Positions 12,159 through 24,172 are shown, counted from the stretch's first letter. The stretch is 64,000 bases of DNA from an uncultured Acidobacteriota bacterium (GCA_963805975.1 CAWDVR010000005.1:352001-416000), one strand, 5' to 3'. Notes: generated by a model from the letters alone, not told the origin. Translations and numbers: made by a program.

Positions 12159-12713
12159 ATGTCCATCCTCAGCAACCGCTTCGAGAACGCCGCCGCCGAG
12201 GCTGTCGAGTACGTGGCCATGCTGCGCGATGCCCTGGGTTCCCGTGACCCTCTGGAAGTCCTCGAGTCCACGCCTGCTGCCGTCGGGCGGGCGGTGATCG
12301 GGCTCTCCGTGGAGCAGGAGGCGACGCCCGAGGCGCCCGGGAAGTGGTCGGTGCGGCAGGTGGTGCAGCACCTCGCGGACTCGGAGCTGGTGGGGGGCTT
12401 CCGCTTTCGGATGGTGCTCGCCCACGAGGCGCCGGAGCTGCCGGGCTACGACCAGGATCTGTGGGCGGAGCGCCTGGGGTACCGGGACGCGGACATCCCC
12501 ACGACTCTGAACGACTTCGCGGTACTGCGGCGGGCCAACCTCCGGCTCCTGCATCGAGCCTCGCCGGAGGATCTCCGGCGGGTGATGCGGCACCGGGAGC
12601 GGGGCGACGAGCCCCTGGGGCAGATGATCTGGATGTACGCCGGGCACGACCTCGTGCACCTGGCCCAGATCGACCGCATCCGGCGGGCGGTCGGGGCGGC
12701 CGAGGCTATCTAA
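12159..12713 (+). CDS. DinB-family protein
   Basis: GKWSVRQVVQHLADSE..GHDLVHLAQI; AGGAG RBS. Confidence 0.85.
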   Translation: MSILSNRFENAAAEAVEYVAMLRDALGSRDPLEVLESTPAAVGRAVIGLSVEQEATPEAPGKWSVRQVVQHLADSELVGGFRFRMVLAHEAPELPGYDQDLWAERLGYRDADIPTTLNDFAVLRRANLRLLHRASPEDLRRVMRHRERGDEPLGQMIWMYAGHDLVHLAQIDRIRRAVGAAEAI

Positions 12714-12735
12714 CAGGGGCGGGTGGGGGACCTAG

Positions 12736-12847
12736 AAAAAGCCCCGTGTCGTGGAGGGATACGACACGGGGGGAGGAGAGGGAGCTGAAAGAGTTTGGCA
12801 AAGCCCGAAGGCCTTGAAGGCGGGCTCAGCTCCCACTGTTCCCGCCT
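12736..12847 (-). ncRNA. Candidate structured small RNA (~112 nt)
   Basis: Extended -10 upstream, 5' stem, 9-bp pseudoknot pairing, cUUCGg hairpin, 11-bp terminator stem plus UUUUU; no credible ORF. Confidence 0.65.
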
Positions 12848-12853
12848 CGCTGG

Positions 12854-12862
12854 ATCATAACA
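12854..12862 (-). promoter_or_regulatory. Extended -10 promoter (TGnTATGAT) of the candidate sRNA
   Basis: TGTTATGAT on the minus strand; predicted +1 is the A at 12847. Confidence 0.55.
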
Positions 12863-12915
12863 GCCGGCCTCGGCGTTCCGATTCCCGCTGCCTCCGGGCG
12901 GGTACAATCTCTCCC

Positions 12916-13890
12916 ATGCGCATCTTTCTGACCGGCGCCACCGGCTACCTGGGTGGCGCCCTGGCCCGGCGGCTGGCCGCCGACGGGCACGAGGTCCGGG
13001 CCCTCGTCCGCCCCGGCCGAGACCTGCAAGCTCTTGTCAATGCTGGGGTTACGCCGTGTACCGGCGACATCGCCGACCGCGCGTCGATGCGCGAGGGCAT
13101 GTCCGGGGCGGACTGGGTGATCCACGCCGCGGCCTACGTGGAGCTGGAAGGGCCGCGGGAGGCCATGGAGCGGGTGAACGTCCAGGGAAGTGAGAACGTC
13201 GCCTCCCTGGCACACAAGCTGGGGGTGGGCCGGTTCCTCTCCGTCTCCTCGATCGCCCAGTTCGGCGGCAGCCCGGAGGACGGCTCGGCCGGCCACGAGA
13301 GCTCGCCGGTGCTCCGCCCGTTCCCCAGCCTCTACAGCGAGACCAAGCACGCTGGCCAGGAGCGCATCCGCCAGTGGACGCGCCAGGGCCTGGCCCTCAA
13401 TACCGTCTTCCCGTCGCTGATCTACGGCCCGCCCGGCAAGCGCCTGGGCTCGAACGCGGTGCTGCGTACCATGGCGCTGGGCCGGTTCCCGGCGCTGGTG
13501 GGGGGCGACCGCAAGACGAGCTGGGTCTTCCTGGACGACGTGGTCGAAGCGATGCTGCGGATCGTGACCCAAGCCCCGGCCGGCCGGGACTACGTGCTCG
13601 CCGGCGAGATCACCACCGTCCGCGACCTCACCCACCAGGTGTGCCGGCTGGCGGGGGTGAAGCCGCCGCGGCTCGAGCTGCCGCTCGCGCTGGCACGCGC
13701 CGCGGTGGCCCTCGGCGCGCCGCTGGCGAAGCTCTTCGGTGCCCGGCCGCCGCTCACGCCCGGCCAGCTCGCGAGCCTCTCCCGGCACTGGGCCTTCGAC
13801 GACACACGGGCCCGCCAGGAGCTCGGCTGGGCCCCGCGCCCGCTGGCCGAGGGGCTGCCACCGACCGTGGAGTTCCTGCTGCGCCCATAG
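12916..13890 (+). CDS. NAD-dependent epimerase/dehydratase (HpnA/dihydroflavonol reductase-like)
   Basis: TGATGYLG, HAAA, YSETK; TACAAT 7 nt before the ATG. Confidence 0.88.
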   Translation: MRIFLTGATGYLGGALARRLAADGHEVRALVRPGRDLQALVNAGVTPCTGDIADRASMREGMSGADWVIHAAAYVELEGPREAMERVNVQGSENVASLAHKLGVGRFLSVSSIAQFGGSPEDGSAGHESSPVLRPFPSLYSETKHAGQERIRQWTRQGLALNTVFPSLIYGPPGKRLGSNAVLRTMALGRFPALVGGDRKTSWVFLDDVVEAMLRIVTQAPAGRDYVLAGEITTVRDLTHQVCRLAGVKPPRLELPLALARAAVALGAPLAKLFGARPPLTPGQLASLSRHWAFDDTRARQELGWAPRPLAEGLPPTVEFLLRP

Positions 13891-13900
13891 AATCACGTCC

Positions 13901-14269
13901 ATGTTCACGATCTTCAAGGACTACGACTTCGCCGCCGCCCACGCCATCCGCGGCCATCAGGGCGGCTGCCAGAACCTGCACGGCCACAACTACCGGGTGC
14001 GCGTCCACGTCGCCGCCCGCACCCTCGACGCGCTCGGCATGGTGGTCGACTTCGCCGACTTGAAGAAGGTGCTGGCCGAGGTGCTCGACCCCTTCGACCA
14101 CCAGGTCATCAACGAGGTGCCGCCGTTCACCGAGCGCAACACCACCGCCGAGCTCCTGGCCCAGTACGCTTACGAGGAGACGGCCCGGCGTCTCGACGAC
14201 GGCCGGGTGCGCGTGGCCAAGGTCGAGGTCTGGGAGAACGACAGCTCCTCGGCCGCCTATGAGCCCTGA
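13901..14269 (+). CDS. queD: 6-carboxytetrahydropterin synthase
   Basis: FAAAH..CQNLHGHNY, GMVVDF, TTAE, VWEN; adjacent to queE. Confidence 0.93.
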   Translation: MFTIFKDYDFAAAHAIRGHQGGCQNLHGHNYRVRVHVAARTLDALGMVVDFADLKKVLAEVLDPFDHQVINEVPPFTERNTTAELLAQYAYEETARRLDDGRVRVAKVEVWENDSSSAAYEP

Positions 14270-14275
14270 GCTCCT

Positions 14276-14974
14276 ATGAGCCCCGAGATGGCGGCCGGCG
14301 CCGCTGGCACGGCGCAGGCCCTGCCCAGGGAGCGGCGGGTGAAGGTCAACGAGATCTTCTACTCGCTCCAGGGCGAGTCCACCTTCGCCGGCCGGCCCTG
14401 CGTGCTGGTGCGCCTGACCGGCTGCCAGATGCGCTGCACTTGGTGCGACAGCGAGCACAGCTTCTACGAGGGCCGCTGGATGGGCCTCGAGGAGGTGCTG
14501 GCGGAGGTGGCGGGCTTCGGCTGCCCGCTGGTCGAGCTGACGGGCGGCGAGCCCCTGCTGCAGCCGGGCGCGCTGCCGCTCCTCGCGGCGCTCGCCGATG
14601 CCGGCTACGAGGTGCTGCTCGAGACCGGCGGCGGGCTCGACGTCGCGGGCGTCGACCCGCGGGTGCGGCGGATCGTCGACGTCAAGTGCCCGGGGAGCGG
14701 CGAGGCGGCGAACAACCACTGGCCGAACCTCGACCTCCTCACCCGGCGCGACGAGCTGAAGTTCGTGCTCGCCTCCGAAGAGGACTACCGCTGGGCGCGC
14801 GACCTGGTGCTGGCGCGTGGCCTGGCGGCGCGTTGTGAGATCCATTTCTCACCCGTCTGGGGCGCGGTCGAGCCGCGCCAGCTCGCGGCCTGGGTGCTCG
14901 CGGACCGCTTGCCGGTGCGGGTGCAGGTGCAGCTCCACAAGCTGCTGTGGGGGGCCGACGCGCGGGGCGTGTGA
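14276..14974 (+). CDS. queE: 7-carboxy-7-deazaguanine synthase (radical SAM)
   Basis: EIFYSLQGE, CQMRCTWCD, TGGEPLLQ, QLHKLLW. Confidence 0.92.
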   Translation: MSPEMAAGAAGTAQALPRERRVKVNEIFYSLQGESTFAGRPCVLVRLTGCQMRCTWCDSEHSFYEGRWMGLEEVLAEVAGFGCPLVELTGGEPLLQPGALPLLAALADAGYEVLLETGGGLDVAGVDPRVRRIVDVKCPGSGEAANNHWPNLDLLTRRDELKFVLASEEDYRWARDLVLARGLAARCEIHFSPVWGAVEPRQLAAWVLADRLPVRVQVQLHKLLWGADARGV

Positions 14975-15060
14975 GGCGTGACGAGACGGGAACAGCCGGC
15001 TCTTTTCCTTGCGTGCTCGCTTGCGGCAAAGGTAAGATCGCGAGCGAGGGAGACTCCGAG

Positions 15061-16335
<1,275 letters not shown>

Positions 16336-16336
16336 A

Positions 16337-16648
16337 TCAGGCGCTTCTCTTGAACCGTCGGCGCAGCCAGCGGTGGGTCTTGAGGCGCAGGCCCCGGACC
16401 CGCCGCCAGGCCTGCGGCCAGCGGGAGAGGAGCTTCCCCAGCCCCTCGTAGATGAGCTCGGAGACCACCGACAGCAGGGCGGCCCCGAGGACGATGGTCA
16501 GCACTCCCTGGATACCCGGCAGCACCAGGCCCGCCACGCCGACCAGCACCAGCACCCAGCCGACCAGAAACACTCCCACGCGCACGTAGAGCGGCAGGCG
16601 TGGCAGCCGGCGCTTCTTGCGGGTCGGGCTCTTGGAGTGGGCGTCCAC
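16337..16648 (-). CDS. Small membrane protein (PGPGW-like)
   Basis: Hydrophobic hairpin GVAGLVLPGIQGVLTIVLG flanked by basic residues. Confidence 0.6.
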   Translation of the reverse strand: MDAHSKSPTRKKRRLPRLPLYVRVGVFLVGWVLVLVGVAGLVLPGIQGVLTIVLGAALLSVVSELIYEGLGKLLSRWPQAWRRVRGLRLKTHRWLRRRFKRSA

Positions 16649-16671
16649 CGGCGTGGCGAGAGAGTGCGAGG

Positions 16672-17685
16672 TCAGGGACGCGGCGAGGCACCGACCGTGG
16701 GGCCTGCCAGCTCTCCCCAGTGATACTCGACGAGCAAGGGGCGGCTGGCGCCGCTGCCCAGCAGCCAGAGCACCGCCGGCCGCGGCGTGAGGTTGCCGAG
16801 CCGGAGCTGCCCGGCCCGGCTGCCGGTGGTGAAGAGGATGGAAGCCAGGGCCTGTGCGTCCACGGCGAGCTCGGTCGAGGCCAGCACGGCGACCACGCCT
16901 TCGGCCGGCCGGCCCTTGCGCAGGTCGACGTAGGGCGCGAAGCGCTCGCCGCCGGCGCCCAGCGTGTGGTCGTCCATGCTCGCGGCGGCCAGCGAGCGGT
17001 CGCGCAGCCAGAGCTCTTCGAGCGGCTCCACGAGCCCGGGAAAGACCAAGGGCGAGATAGGCCAGCCGCGCCCCCCCGGGCCCGGCCCGAAGGTGCGGGC
17101 CACGGTGCCGATGGTGACGAAGCCGTTGTCCACGCCCGCGGCGCGCAGCGCGTCCACGGCACGGTCCACCGCGAAGCCAGTGGCGAAGCCCCAGAGGTCG
17201 ATCTGGCTGCCCGCTCCCAGCTCGGCCGCCCCCGGTGTGCGATTCACCTCGAGCCGGTCGCAGGTGGCGCTCTCGCGAGCCTCCTCGAGATCCGCATCTC
17301 CCGGCAGCGCCGTGATCGGCTCGCGCAGCCCCCAGAGCCCGTAGAGCCGGCCGCCGAGCGGGCCGCCGATGCCGTCCGACCAGGTGCAGAAAGAGAGTGC
17401 GCGCGCCAGGATCTCGAGCACTTGCGGGTCGGTGGGCTGAGGCCCGCCGCCGGCCGCCGCGTTGAGACGGCCGATTCCCCCCTCGGCAGCGCCCCGAGCG
17501 TCGAGCAGGCTCTCGACCGCGGACACTGCCACCGTGGCCCGGACCAGCGCCGCGTCCGCGGTCTCTTTCGAGGCCGCGAGCACCTTGATGGTCCCGGGTC
17601 GCGAGAAAGCCTGGAACCGGGTCTCGGTGAGGTCGCCGCCGGCGGCCGAAACCACCAGCAGGGCGAGGACGGCAAGAGCGCTCAT
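16672..17685 (-). CDS. apbE: FAD:protein FMN transferase (ApbE family, divergent)
   Basis: Signal peptide; IDLWGFATGFAVD resembles the ApbE motif LDLGGIAKGYAVD; YVDLRKGRP; AVDAQALASILF. Confidence 0.7.
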   Translation of the reverse strand: MSALAVLALLVVSAAGGDLTETRFQAFSRPGTIKVLAASKETADAALVRATVAVSAVESLLDARGAAEGGIGRLNAAAGGGPQPTDPQVLEILARALSFCTWSDGIGGPLGGRLYGLWGLREPITALPGDADLEEARESATCDRLEVNRTPGAAELGAGSQIDLWGFATGFAVDRAVDALRAAGVDNGFVTIGTVARTFGPGPGGRGWPISPLVFPGLVEPLEELWLRDRSLAAASMDDHTLGAGGERFAPYVDLRKGRPAEGVVAVLASTELAVDAQALASILFTTGSRAGQLRLGNLTPRPAVLWLLGSGASRPLLVEYHWGELAGPTVGASPRP

Positions 17686-17754
17686 CGCGTGCAATCGTAG
17701 CGCGAAATGGCTATGAACCCGTGCGCCGGACTCGTGCGCACGGGCTCTCGGTCC

Positions 17755-18585
17755 CTACCACGCCGGCCGCGGGTGGAGCTGGGCGGCTTCGGGGGTCAGG
17801 GTTCCGTGCGCCAGGATGCGGGCGTCTCCGGCCAGGGACCAGCGGTCGGGAAGCTGGTGGGGCGGCCCCTCGCCTTCGACCGTGAGCTCGAAGCCGCCGC
17901 GGGTGAGCGCCACGACCGGCAGGGCCGAGCGGCGGATCAGGAGGCCCACGACGGTCGCCGCCATCACGCCCGTGCCGCAGGCGAGGGTCTCGGCCTCGAC
18001 GCCACGCTCGAAGGAGCGGATCTCGAAGCGGTGGAGGTCCGCGTAGCGCACGAAGTCGACGTTGGTGCCGGCGGCACCGAAAGCGGGATGGCGGCGCAGC
18101 CGCGGCGCCTCGGCCATCGGCGCCTCGGCGAGGTCTTCGGTCGTCGGCAGCACCAGGTGGGGCACGCCGGCCATCACCAGGAACCCCTCCCACAGCCGGC
18201 CGCCGTCGTCGATCGTGATCTCTCGCGGCGGCTGGCCCACGGTGGGCAGCTCGACCGCCACGCGGGTCTCGCCCTGCCGCCGGGCCGGCAGCGTCCCGGC
18301 TCCGGTCTCGATCTCGGTCTCGTCTCGCGCCCAACCCAGGTGGAAGGCGAGCCGCGCCGCGCAACGGGTGCCGTTCAGGCAGAGGTCGGCGGGCAAACCG
18401 TCGGAGTTGAAGTAGTCCATCTTCACGCGGCCGCTCTGGCGGGAGAGGACGAAGAGGCCGTCGGCCCCGAGCGAGAGCCCGCGCGTGCACCAGGCCCGGA
18501 TCTCCTCGGGCGAGGGGGGCACAGCGGGCTCGATCAGGGCGAGAAAGTCGTTGCCGCCACCCGAGACGCGGAAGAACTCGGTCAC
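17755..18585 (-). CDS. dapF: Diaminopimelate epimerase
   Basis: GNDF, GADG, CLNGTRC, GVPH, FERGVEAETLACGTG. Confidence 0.93.
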   Translation of the reverse strand: MTEFFRVSGGGNDFLALIEPAVPPSPEEIRAWCTRGLSLGADGLFVLSRQSGRVKMDYFNSDGLPADLCLNGTRCAARLAFHLGWARDETEIETGAGTLPARRQGETRVAVELPTVGQPPREITIDDGGRLWEGFLVMAGVPHLVLPTTEDLAEAPMAEAPRLRRHPAFGAAGTNVDFVRYADLHRFEIRSFERGVEAETLACGTGVMAATVVGLLIRRSALPVVALTRGGFELTVEGEGPPHQLPDRWSLAGDARILAHGTLTPEAAQLHPRPAW

Positions 18586-18613
18586 GCTGTGCCCGCCTTG
18601 CGGCGCCAGGGGC

Positions 18614-19714
18614 TCATTGGGGCACGACGGCCTCGACCTCGGGGGAGGGCGGGCTCTCGTTGCCGGTCGAGTCCACGGCCGTGACCCGGAAGGCGTAGGC
18701 CCGGCCGGCCGTCAGGCCCTCAGCCGCGAACGAAGTCTCGGGCGCAGGCTTCTGGGTCAGGCGCAGCCACTCGCCCGCGGCGGTGTCCCGCCGGTAGACG
18801 TGGTAGCCGGCCACTCCGGGCTCCGGGTTCGGCGTCCAGGTGAGGCGGACGCGGCCCGGCTCGGTGAGGGCGATGGGCACCGCGGGCGCCCCCGGCGGGA
18901 AGCGGTCGCGGTAGTCGATCTCCTTCTCGGCGGCGAAGGTGCTCTCCGAGCCTTCGGCCCCTTCCGCCACCGCGGTCACGGCATAGAAGTAACGGCGGTC
19001 GAAGGCGGCGCCCGCATCCAGATGGCTGGTCTCCGCGGCCCCCACCGCGGCGAGCGGCGCGCCATAGCCACGCTCTTCGGCCAGGCGGCGATAGACGCGG
19101 TAGCCGCCGGCGCCCGTGCTCGCGGCCCAGCGCACCTCGACGCCACCCGCCTTCCCCGCGACGGCGAGGCCGGTGGGCGGGGCCGGCGGTGGGACGAAGG
19201 AGAGCGTCACCAGGTTCGAGAAGTCGGAGCGCTCGCCGCCGCGGTCGGCAAAGCGTACGCCGAAGGTGGTGGCCTGGCGCTCGGCGGCAGGCGGCGTGCC
19301 GGGCAGGCGGAGCTGGAGGTGCTCGCCCAGGACACCGGAGGAGAGCTCGGTGCCCGAGACCCGGCGCGTCAGCTTGGCGCCGGCCGCGAACTGCCGGGGG
19401 TCGACGGTGGGCAGGGCGCCGCTCGCGGAGAGCGGCTGCTCGAGCTGCCACAGCTCGACGGCCTCGAGGCCGGGCAGGGCCATGCCGTTGGTCGCCACCT
19501 TGGGGTAGGCCACGCGCAGCACCAGCTCCGAGCCCTGCTGGCGGACGGCGAGGTCGGAAGCGGCCCGCGGCACGTAGACGAGCGGTGGCAGCGGGTCGCC
19601 CTTCTTGCCGCAGGCGAACGACAAGAGAGCCATGCCGAGGAGCATGGCGCGGCCGGCCCCCTTGCCGGCCGCAGGGGTGCGGGCCAAGGAGCGGGTTCGG
19701 GTCTCAGAGCACAT
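18614..19714 (-). CDS. Lipoprotein with an LptM-like N-terminal motif and fibronectin type III domains
   Basis: Lipobox LSFA-C followed by GKKGDPLPP; two FN3-like repeats ([15 protein letters not shown]; [18 protein letters not shown]). Confidence 0.75.
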   Translation of the reverse strand: MCSETRTRSLARTPAAGKGAGRAMLLGMALLSFACGKKGDPLPPLVYVPRAASDLAVRQQGSELVLRVAYPKVATNGMALPGLEAVELWQLEQPLSASGALPTVDPRQFAAGAKLTRRVSGTELSSGVLGEHLQLRLPGTPPAAERQATTFGVRFADRGGERSDFSNLVTLSFVPPPAPPTGLAVAGKAGGVEVRWAASTGAGGYRVYRRLAEERGYGAPLAAVGAAETSHLDAGAAFDRRYFYAVTAVAEGAEGSESTFAAEKEIDYRDRFPPGAPAVPIALTEPGRVRLTWTPNPEPGVAGYHVYRRDTAAGEWLRLTQKPAPETSFAAEGLTAGRAYAFRVTAVDSTGNESPPSPEVEAVVPQ

Positions 19715-21077
19715 AGCGGCTCAGGTCCTGGTCCTTGATGATGCTCGCCAGGGTGCGTTTGACGTAGGTGGCGTCGATCTTCACCGCCACGCCGTGCATG
19801 TCGGGGGCTTCGAAGGAGATCTCGTCGAGCAGGCGCTCCATCAGCGTGGCGAGCCGCCGGGCGCCGATGTTCTCGTTCTGGGAGTTGACCTGGACGGCCA
19901 TCCGGGCCAGCTCGGAGATGGCGCCGGAGGTGAAGTCGACCGCGACGCCCTCGGTCGAGAGCAGGGCGGCGTACTGCTTGGTGAGGGCGGTCTCGGGCTC
20001 GGTCAGGATGCGGACGAAGTCGGACTCGGAGAGGGCGTCGAGCTCGACGCGGATCGGGAAGCGGCCCTGGAGCTCGGGGATCAGGTCCGAGGGCTTCGAG
20101 ACGTGGAACGCGCCGGCGGCGATGAACAGGATGTGGTCGGTCTTCACCATGCCGTACTTGGTGTTGACGGTGGTGCCCTCGACGATCGGCAGCAGGTCGC
20201 GTTGCACGCCCTCGCGCGAGATGTCCGGGCCGCGGCCGCCCTCGCGGCCGGCGATCTTGTCGATCTCGTCCAGGAAGATCATGCCGCCCTGCTCCACACG
20301 GTGGCGGGCCTCGCGCGCCGTCTGCTGGCGGTCGATGAGCTTCTCGGCCTCCTGCTGCAGGAGGATCTCTCTCGCCTCGGCCACGGTGACGGTCTGCTTC
20401 TTGCGCCGCCCGAAGAGGTTGGGCATCACCTCGCGCAGGTTGAAGCCCACCTCTTCGACGCCCTGGGGGGTGAACATCTCCATGCTCGGGAAGGTCGACT
20501 CCTCGACCTCGATCTCCACCTGGCGGTCGTCGAGCACGCCGGAGCGCAGCTTGGTCCGCATCTTCTCGCGGGTGTCGCCCAGCTTGGGGTCCTTGGCCTC
20601 GGAGAAGCCGGTCAGGGCGGGCGGTGGCAGGAGGAGATGGAGCAGGCGGTCCTCGGCGCGGTCCGCGGCCATTTCGCGCACCAGGGCGCGCCGCTCCTCG
20701 CGCACCATGGAGAAGGCGATCTCCACCAGGTCGCGCACCATGGACTCGACGTCGCGGCCGACGTAGCCCACCTCGGTGAACTTGCTCGCTTCGACCTTCA
20801 GGAAGGGGGCCTTGGCGAGCCGCGCCAGGCGGCGGGCGATCTCCGTCTTGCCGACCCCGGTGGGGCCGATCATCAGGATGTTCTTGGGCACGATCTCTTC
20901 GGCCACCTCGGCAGAGAGCTGCTGGCGGCGCCAGCGATTGCGCAGCGCGATGGCCACCGCGCGCTTGGCCGCCGCCTGCCCGACGACGTACTTGTCGAGC
21001 TCGGAGACGATCTCCCGTGGCTTGAGATCTTCCAGCGAGAAGGTAGAGGCCCCTTCGCTGGCCGGCTTGGCCCCCAT
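19704..21077 (-). CDS. hslU: ATP-dependent protease ATPase subunit
   Basis: [43 protein letters not shown]; AGGAGG RBS. Confidence 0.97.
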   Translation of the reverse strand: MGAKPASEGASTFSLEDLKPREIVSELDKYVVGQAAAKRAVAIALRNRWRRQQLSAEVAEEIVPKNILMIGPTGVGKTEIARRLARLAKAPFLKVEASKFTEVGYVGRDVESMVRDLVEIAFSMVREERRALVREMAADRAEDRLLHLLLPPPALTGFSEAKDPKLGDTREKMRTKLRSGVLDDRQVEIEVEESTFPSMEMFTPQGVEEVGFNLREVMPNLFGRRKKQTVTVAEAREILLQQEAEKLIDRQQTAREARHRVEQGGMIFLDEIDKIAGREGGRGPDISREGVQRDLLPIVEGTTVNTKYGMVKTDHILFIAAGAFHVSKPSDLIPELQGRFPIRVELDALSESDFVRILTEPETALTKQYAALLSTEGVAVDFTSGAISELARMAVQVNSQNENIGARRLATLMERLLDEISFEAPDMHGVAVKIDATYVKRTLASIIKDQDLSRYVL

Positions 21078-21111
21078 GACGCGCACTCCTCCTGGTCCCC
21101 GCTGGGGAGCC

Positions 21112-21666
21112 TCAGAGCTCCTCGACGATGACGGATTCATTGGTGAAGATGCAGATCTCGGCGGCGATGCCCATCGCCTTCCTGGCGATCTCGGCCGCCT
21201 CGAGCTCGGTGTGGCGCATCAGCGCCCGGGCGGCGGCGAGCGCGAAGTTGCTGCCGGAGCCGATCGAGAGCACGCCGTCCTCGTCCGGCTGCAGCAGGTC
21301 GCCGGCACCGTTCAAGAAGAAGCTCTTGTCGCGGTCGGTCACGATCAGCATCGCCTGCAGTTGCCGCAAGGCCCGGTCGGTGCGCCATTCCTTGGCCAGC
21401 TCGACCACGGCACGTTCGAGGTTGCCGTGGAACTCATCGAGCTTGGCCTCGAGGCGGCCTAGGAGCGCCAGCCCGTCGGCGCCGCCGCCGGCGAAGCCCA
21501 CCAGCACCTGGCCGTTGCCCACGCGACGCACTTTGCGGGCGTGGGACTTGACCACCGTGTTGTTGAGCGTCACCTGGCCGTCGGCGGCCATGGCGACCTT
21601 GCCGTCCCGCCGTACCAGGATGACGGTGGTGGAGTGCATGATGTTCTCGTGGCCTCGTCCGCTCAT
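21112..21666 (-). CDS. hslV: ATP-dependent protease peptidase subunit
   Basis: [27 protein letters not shown]; alternative start at 21639. Confidence 0.95.
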   Translation of the reverse strand: MSGRGHENIMHSTTVILVRRDGKVAMAADGQVTLNNTVVKSHARKVRRVGNGQVLVGFAGGGADGLALLGRLEAKLDEFHGNLERAVVELAKEWRTDRALRQLQAMLIVTDRDKSFFLNGAGDLLQPDEDGVLSIGSGSNFALAAARALMRHTELEAAEIARKAMGIAAEICIFTNESVIVEEL

Positions 21667-21825
21667 CGCGGCGGGATTGTAGCAGTGGAGCGAGGCGGCC
21701 CAGCGCCCCCGCGGCCTTTTACCCGGTGTCCCTCGTTGCGCTGCTCGAGCTCCTCGGGCGGCCTGCGCTGCTCACGAGGGTCACCCCAGGCGAGAGGCTA
21801 CGCCTTTCACCACACGGAGGGGCTT

Positions 21826-22790
21826 TCAGGGACTTCGCCTGGCTCTCGGGTGCGCCTCCCGTAGACGGCCAGCAGGCGTCGATCTCGACGTGCGCTGGGT
21901 GGTGGCGAGCGAGCTGTGGCCCAGGAGCTCCTGGATGGCCCGCAGGTCGGCGCCACCTTCGAGCAGGTGGGTGGCGAAGGTGTGGCGCAGGGTGTGGGGA
22001 TGGACGCCGGGGGCGATCGCCGGCTCGCGTTCACGTAACGGTCGACCACTCGCCGCACCGAGCGTGCCGACAGCCGCCACCACGGAGGTTGAGGAACACG
22101 GGCTCCTCCTCGCTGGCCCGGCCTGGCGCGGCACGATCGAAGCCGGGCACGGACTTCCTCCCAGTCCGCGAGCCAGGCCTTGAGCGCTGCCGCCGCCGGC
22201 TTGCCGAAGGGCACCATTCGCTCCTTGCCGCCCTTGCCCACGACGCGCAGCACCCGGGACCGTAGAGGTCGAGGTCGCGCCAGTCCAGGCCGACGAGCTC
22301 CGAGACCCGCAGGCCGCTCGCGTAGAGCAGCTCGAGGATCGCCCGATCGCGCCACGGCAGCGGTTCGTCTGTCGGAGGCGGCCTCCAGGAGCGTCTCGGT
22401 CTCGCCCGGCCGCAGGTGCCGGGGCACAGGCTCTTCGGCAGCCTGGGCGTGCGCACCGCCGGCGCCGGGTTGGCCGGCAGTGAGGCCTCTCGCGGCAGGC
22501 GAACCGGAAGAGCATCCGCACCGCGGACAGAGCCCGGCCGCGGTTCGAGCGCTTCGCTGCGGCTGCGCGGCGCCAGCGAGGCGACGAACGAGCGCACGGC
22601 GAGGCGTCCACCTCGTCGACCGTGCACGCTCCGGGGCTGTCCTGCAGGAAGGTCGACCGCAGGAAACTCGAGGAAGCGGTCGAGATCGCCGCGGTAGGCA
22701 CGCAGCGTGTGGGCGGAGTAGTTACGCTCCTCGCCGAGGTGGACGAGGAAGCGCTCGACGACTTCGGCGAGTGGCGGTTGCGGGGCTCAC
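21826..22790 (-). CDS. xerC: Tyrosine recombinase XerC, broken by several frameshifts (probably sequencing errors)
   Basis: Fragments in different frames: [16 protein letters not shown]; [19 protein letters not shown]; [10 protein letters not shown]; [29 protein letters not shown]; canonical position between trmFO and hslV. Confidence 0.8.
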
Positions 22791-22795
22791 CGTCG

Positions 22796-24172
22796 CTATG
22801 CCGGGCCGCTACGTGCCGCCGTGGCGGGCTCGGGCGCCTCGGCGGCCGGAGGCGAGAACGGGATGCCGGCCGCCCGGGCCCAGGCCGCGAGGTCGCCCCA
22901 GGCCCGGTCCACGAAGGCGGCGCGACGGTCCAGCTTGCGGAACGCACCCGGCAGCTCCTCGAAGAGGCCGTAGTTGACGTTCGCGGGCTGGAAGTGCTCG
23001 GGGTCGGAGCCGGTCAGGTGGCGGGTGAGGGACCCCAGTGCGGTGGTCGCCGGGAAGGCCGGAGCGTTCCAGCCCTGGCGCTCGAGCGAGAGGTAGAGAC
23101 CGATCGAGAGCCCGGTGGCTGCCGATTCGAGATACCCCTCCACCCCCGTGATCTGGCCGGCCAGCCGCAGCCGCGGCGCGGGGCGCAGGCGGTAGAACGC
23201 GTCCAGGTGACGGGGCGAGTTGACGAAGGTGTTGCGGTGGATCTGCCCCAGGCGCACGAACTCCGCGCTCTCGAGGCCGGGGATCAGCCGCAGCACCCGC
23301 TGCTGGTCCCCCCACTTCATGCGCGACTGGAAGCCCACCAGGTTGAAGTGGCTCTTGGCCAGGTTCTCCTGCCGCATCTGCACCACGGCCCAGGGGCGGC
23401 GGCCGTCTGGGCCGCGCAGGCCGACCGGCTTCATGGGGCCGAAGCGCAGCGTGTCGACCCCGCGCCGGGCCAGCTCCTCGATCGGCAGGCAGCCCTCGAA
23501 GAAGAGCCCTTGCTCGAAGTCGTGCAGGGGGAGCACCTCGGCGGCGACCAGGGCCTGGAAGAAGGCCGCGTACTGGTCGCGGTCGAGCGGGGCATTCAGG
23601 TAGTCGGCGCTGCCTCCCTTGTCGTAGCGCGAGGCCCAGAAGAGCTTGCCCAGGTCCAGGCTCTCGGCGTCGACGATCGGGGCGATGGCGTCATAGAAGT
23701 AGAGGTGCTCGGAGCCCAGCAGGCCCTGGAGGTTCGCCGCCATCGCCGGCGAGGTGAGAGGCCCGGTGGCGATCACCACGTCGCCCGCCGGCAGCTCGGT
23801 CACCTCGCCGCGGGCGAGCGTGATCTCGGGGTGCGACGAGAGCGCGGCCGTGACGGCGGCGGCGAAGCGGTCGCGGTCCACGGCGAGGGCGCTCCCGGCC
23901 GGCACCGCGGCCCGGCGCGCGGTGCCGATGATCAGCGAGCCGAAGGCCTCCATCTCGCGCTTGAGGAGCCCGGCGGCATGGTGGGGATCGTCGCTGCGCA
24001 GCGAGTTCGAGCACACCAGCTCCGCCAGATCGCCGCTCTTGTGCGCCGGCGTCTGCCGCTCCGGTCGCATCTCGTAGAGCACCACGCGCACGCCGCGGCT
24101 CGCGAGCTGCCAGGCGCACTCGCAGCCGGCTAGGCCGCCGCCGATGACGTGGACGGGATCTTCCAAGGGCAC
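22796..24172 (-). CDS. trmFO: Folate-dependent tRNA (uracil-5)-methyltransferase
   Basis: [44 protein letters not shown]. Confidence 0.96.
   Translation of the reverse strand: MPLEDPVHVIGGGLAGCECAWQLASRGVRVVLYEMRPERQTPAHKSGDLAELVCSNSLRSDDPHHAAGLLKREMEAFGSLIIGTARRAAVPAGSALAVDRDRFAAAVTAALSSHPEITLARGEVTELPAGDVVIATGPLTSPAMAANLQGLLGSEHLYFYDAIAPIVDAESLDLGKLFWASRYDKGGSADYLNAPLDRDQYAAFFQALVAAEVLPLHDFEQGLFFEGCLPIEELARRGVDTLRFGPMKPVGLRGPDGRRPWAVVQMRQENLAKSHFNLVGFQSRMKWGDQQRVLRLIPGLESAEFVRLGQIHRNTFVNSPRHLDAFYRLRPAPRLRLAGQITGVEGYLESAATGLSIGLYLSLERQGWNAPAFPATTALGSLTRHLTGSDPEHFQPANVNYGLFEELPGAFRKLDRRAAFVDRAWGDLAAWARAAGIPFSPPAAEAPEPATAARSGPA

Noticed and set aside
12736-12847. The structured RNA as a preQ1 riboswitch for queD/queE
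   Set aside because: It is on the opposite strand, more than 1 kb away, and lacks preQ1 consensus features.
13901-14974. queD/queE as part of a 7-deazaguanine DNA-modification (dpd) island
   Set aside because: No dpdA/tgt-like or other dpd genes are nearby, and the context is housekeeping.
21826-22790. Tyrosine recombinase as a prophage or island integrase
   Set aside because: It sits in the canonical trmFO-xerC-hslVU context with no att sites or mobile cargo.
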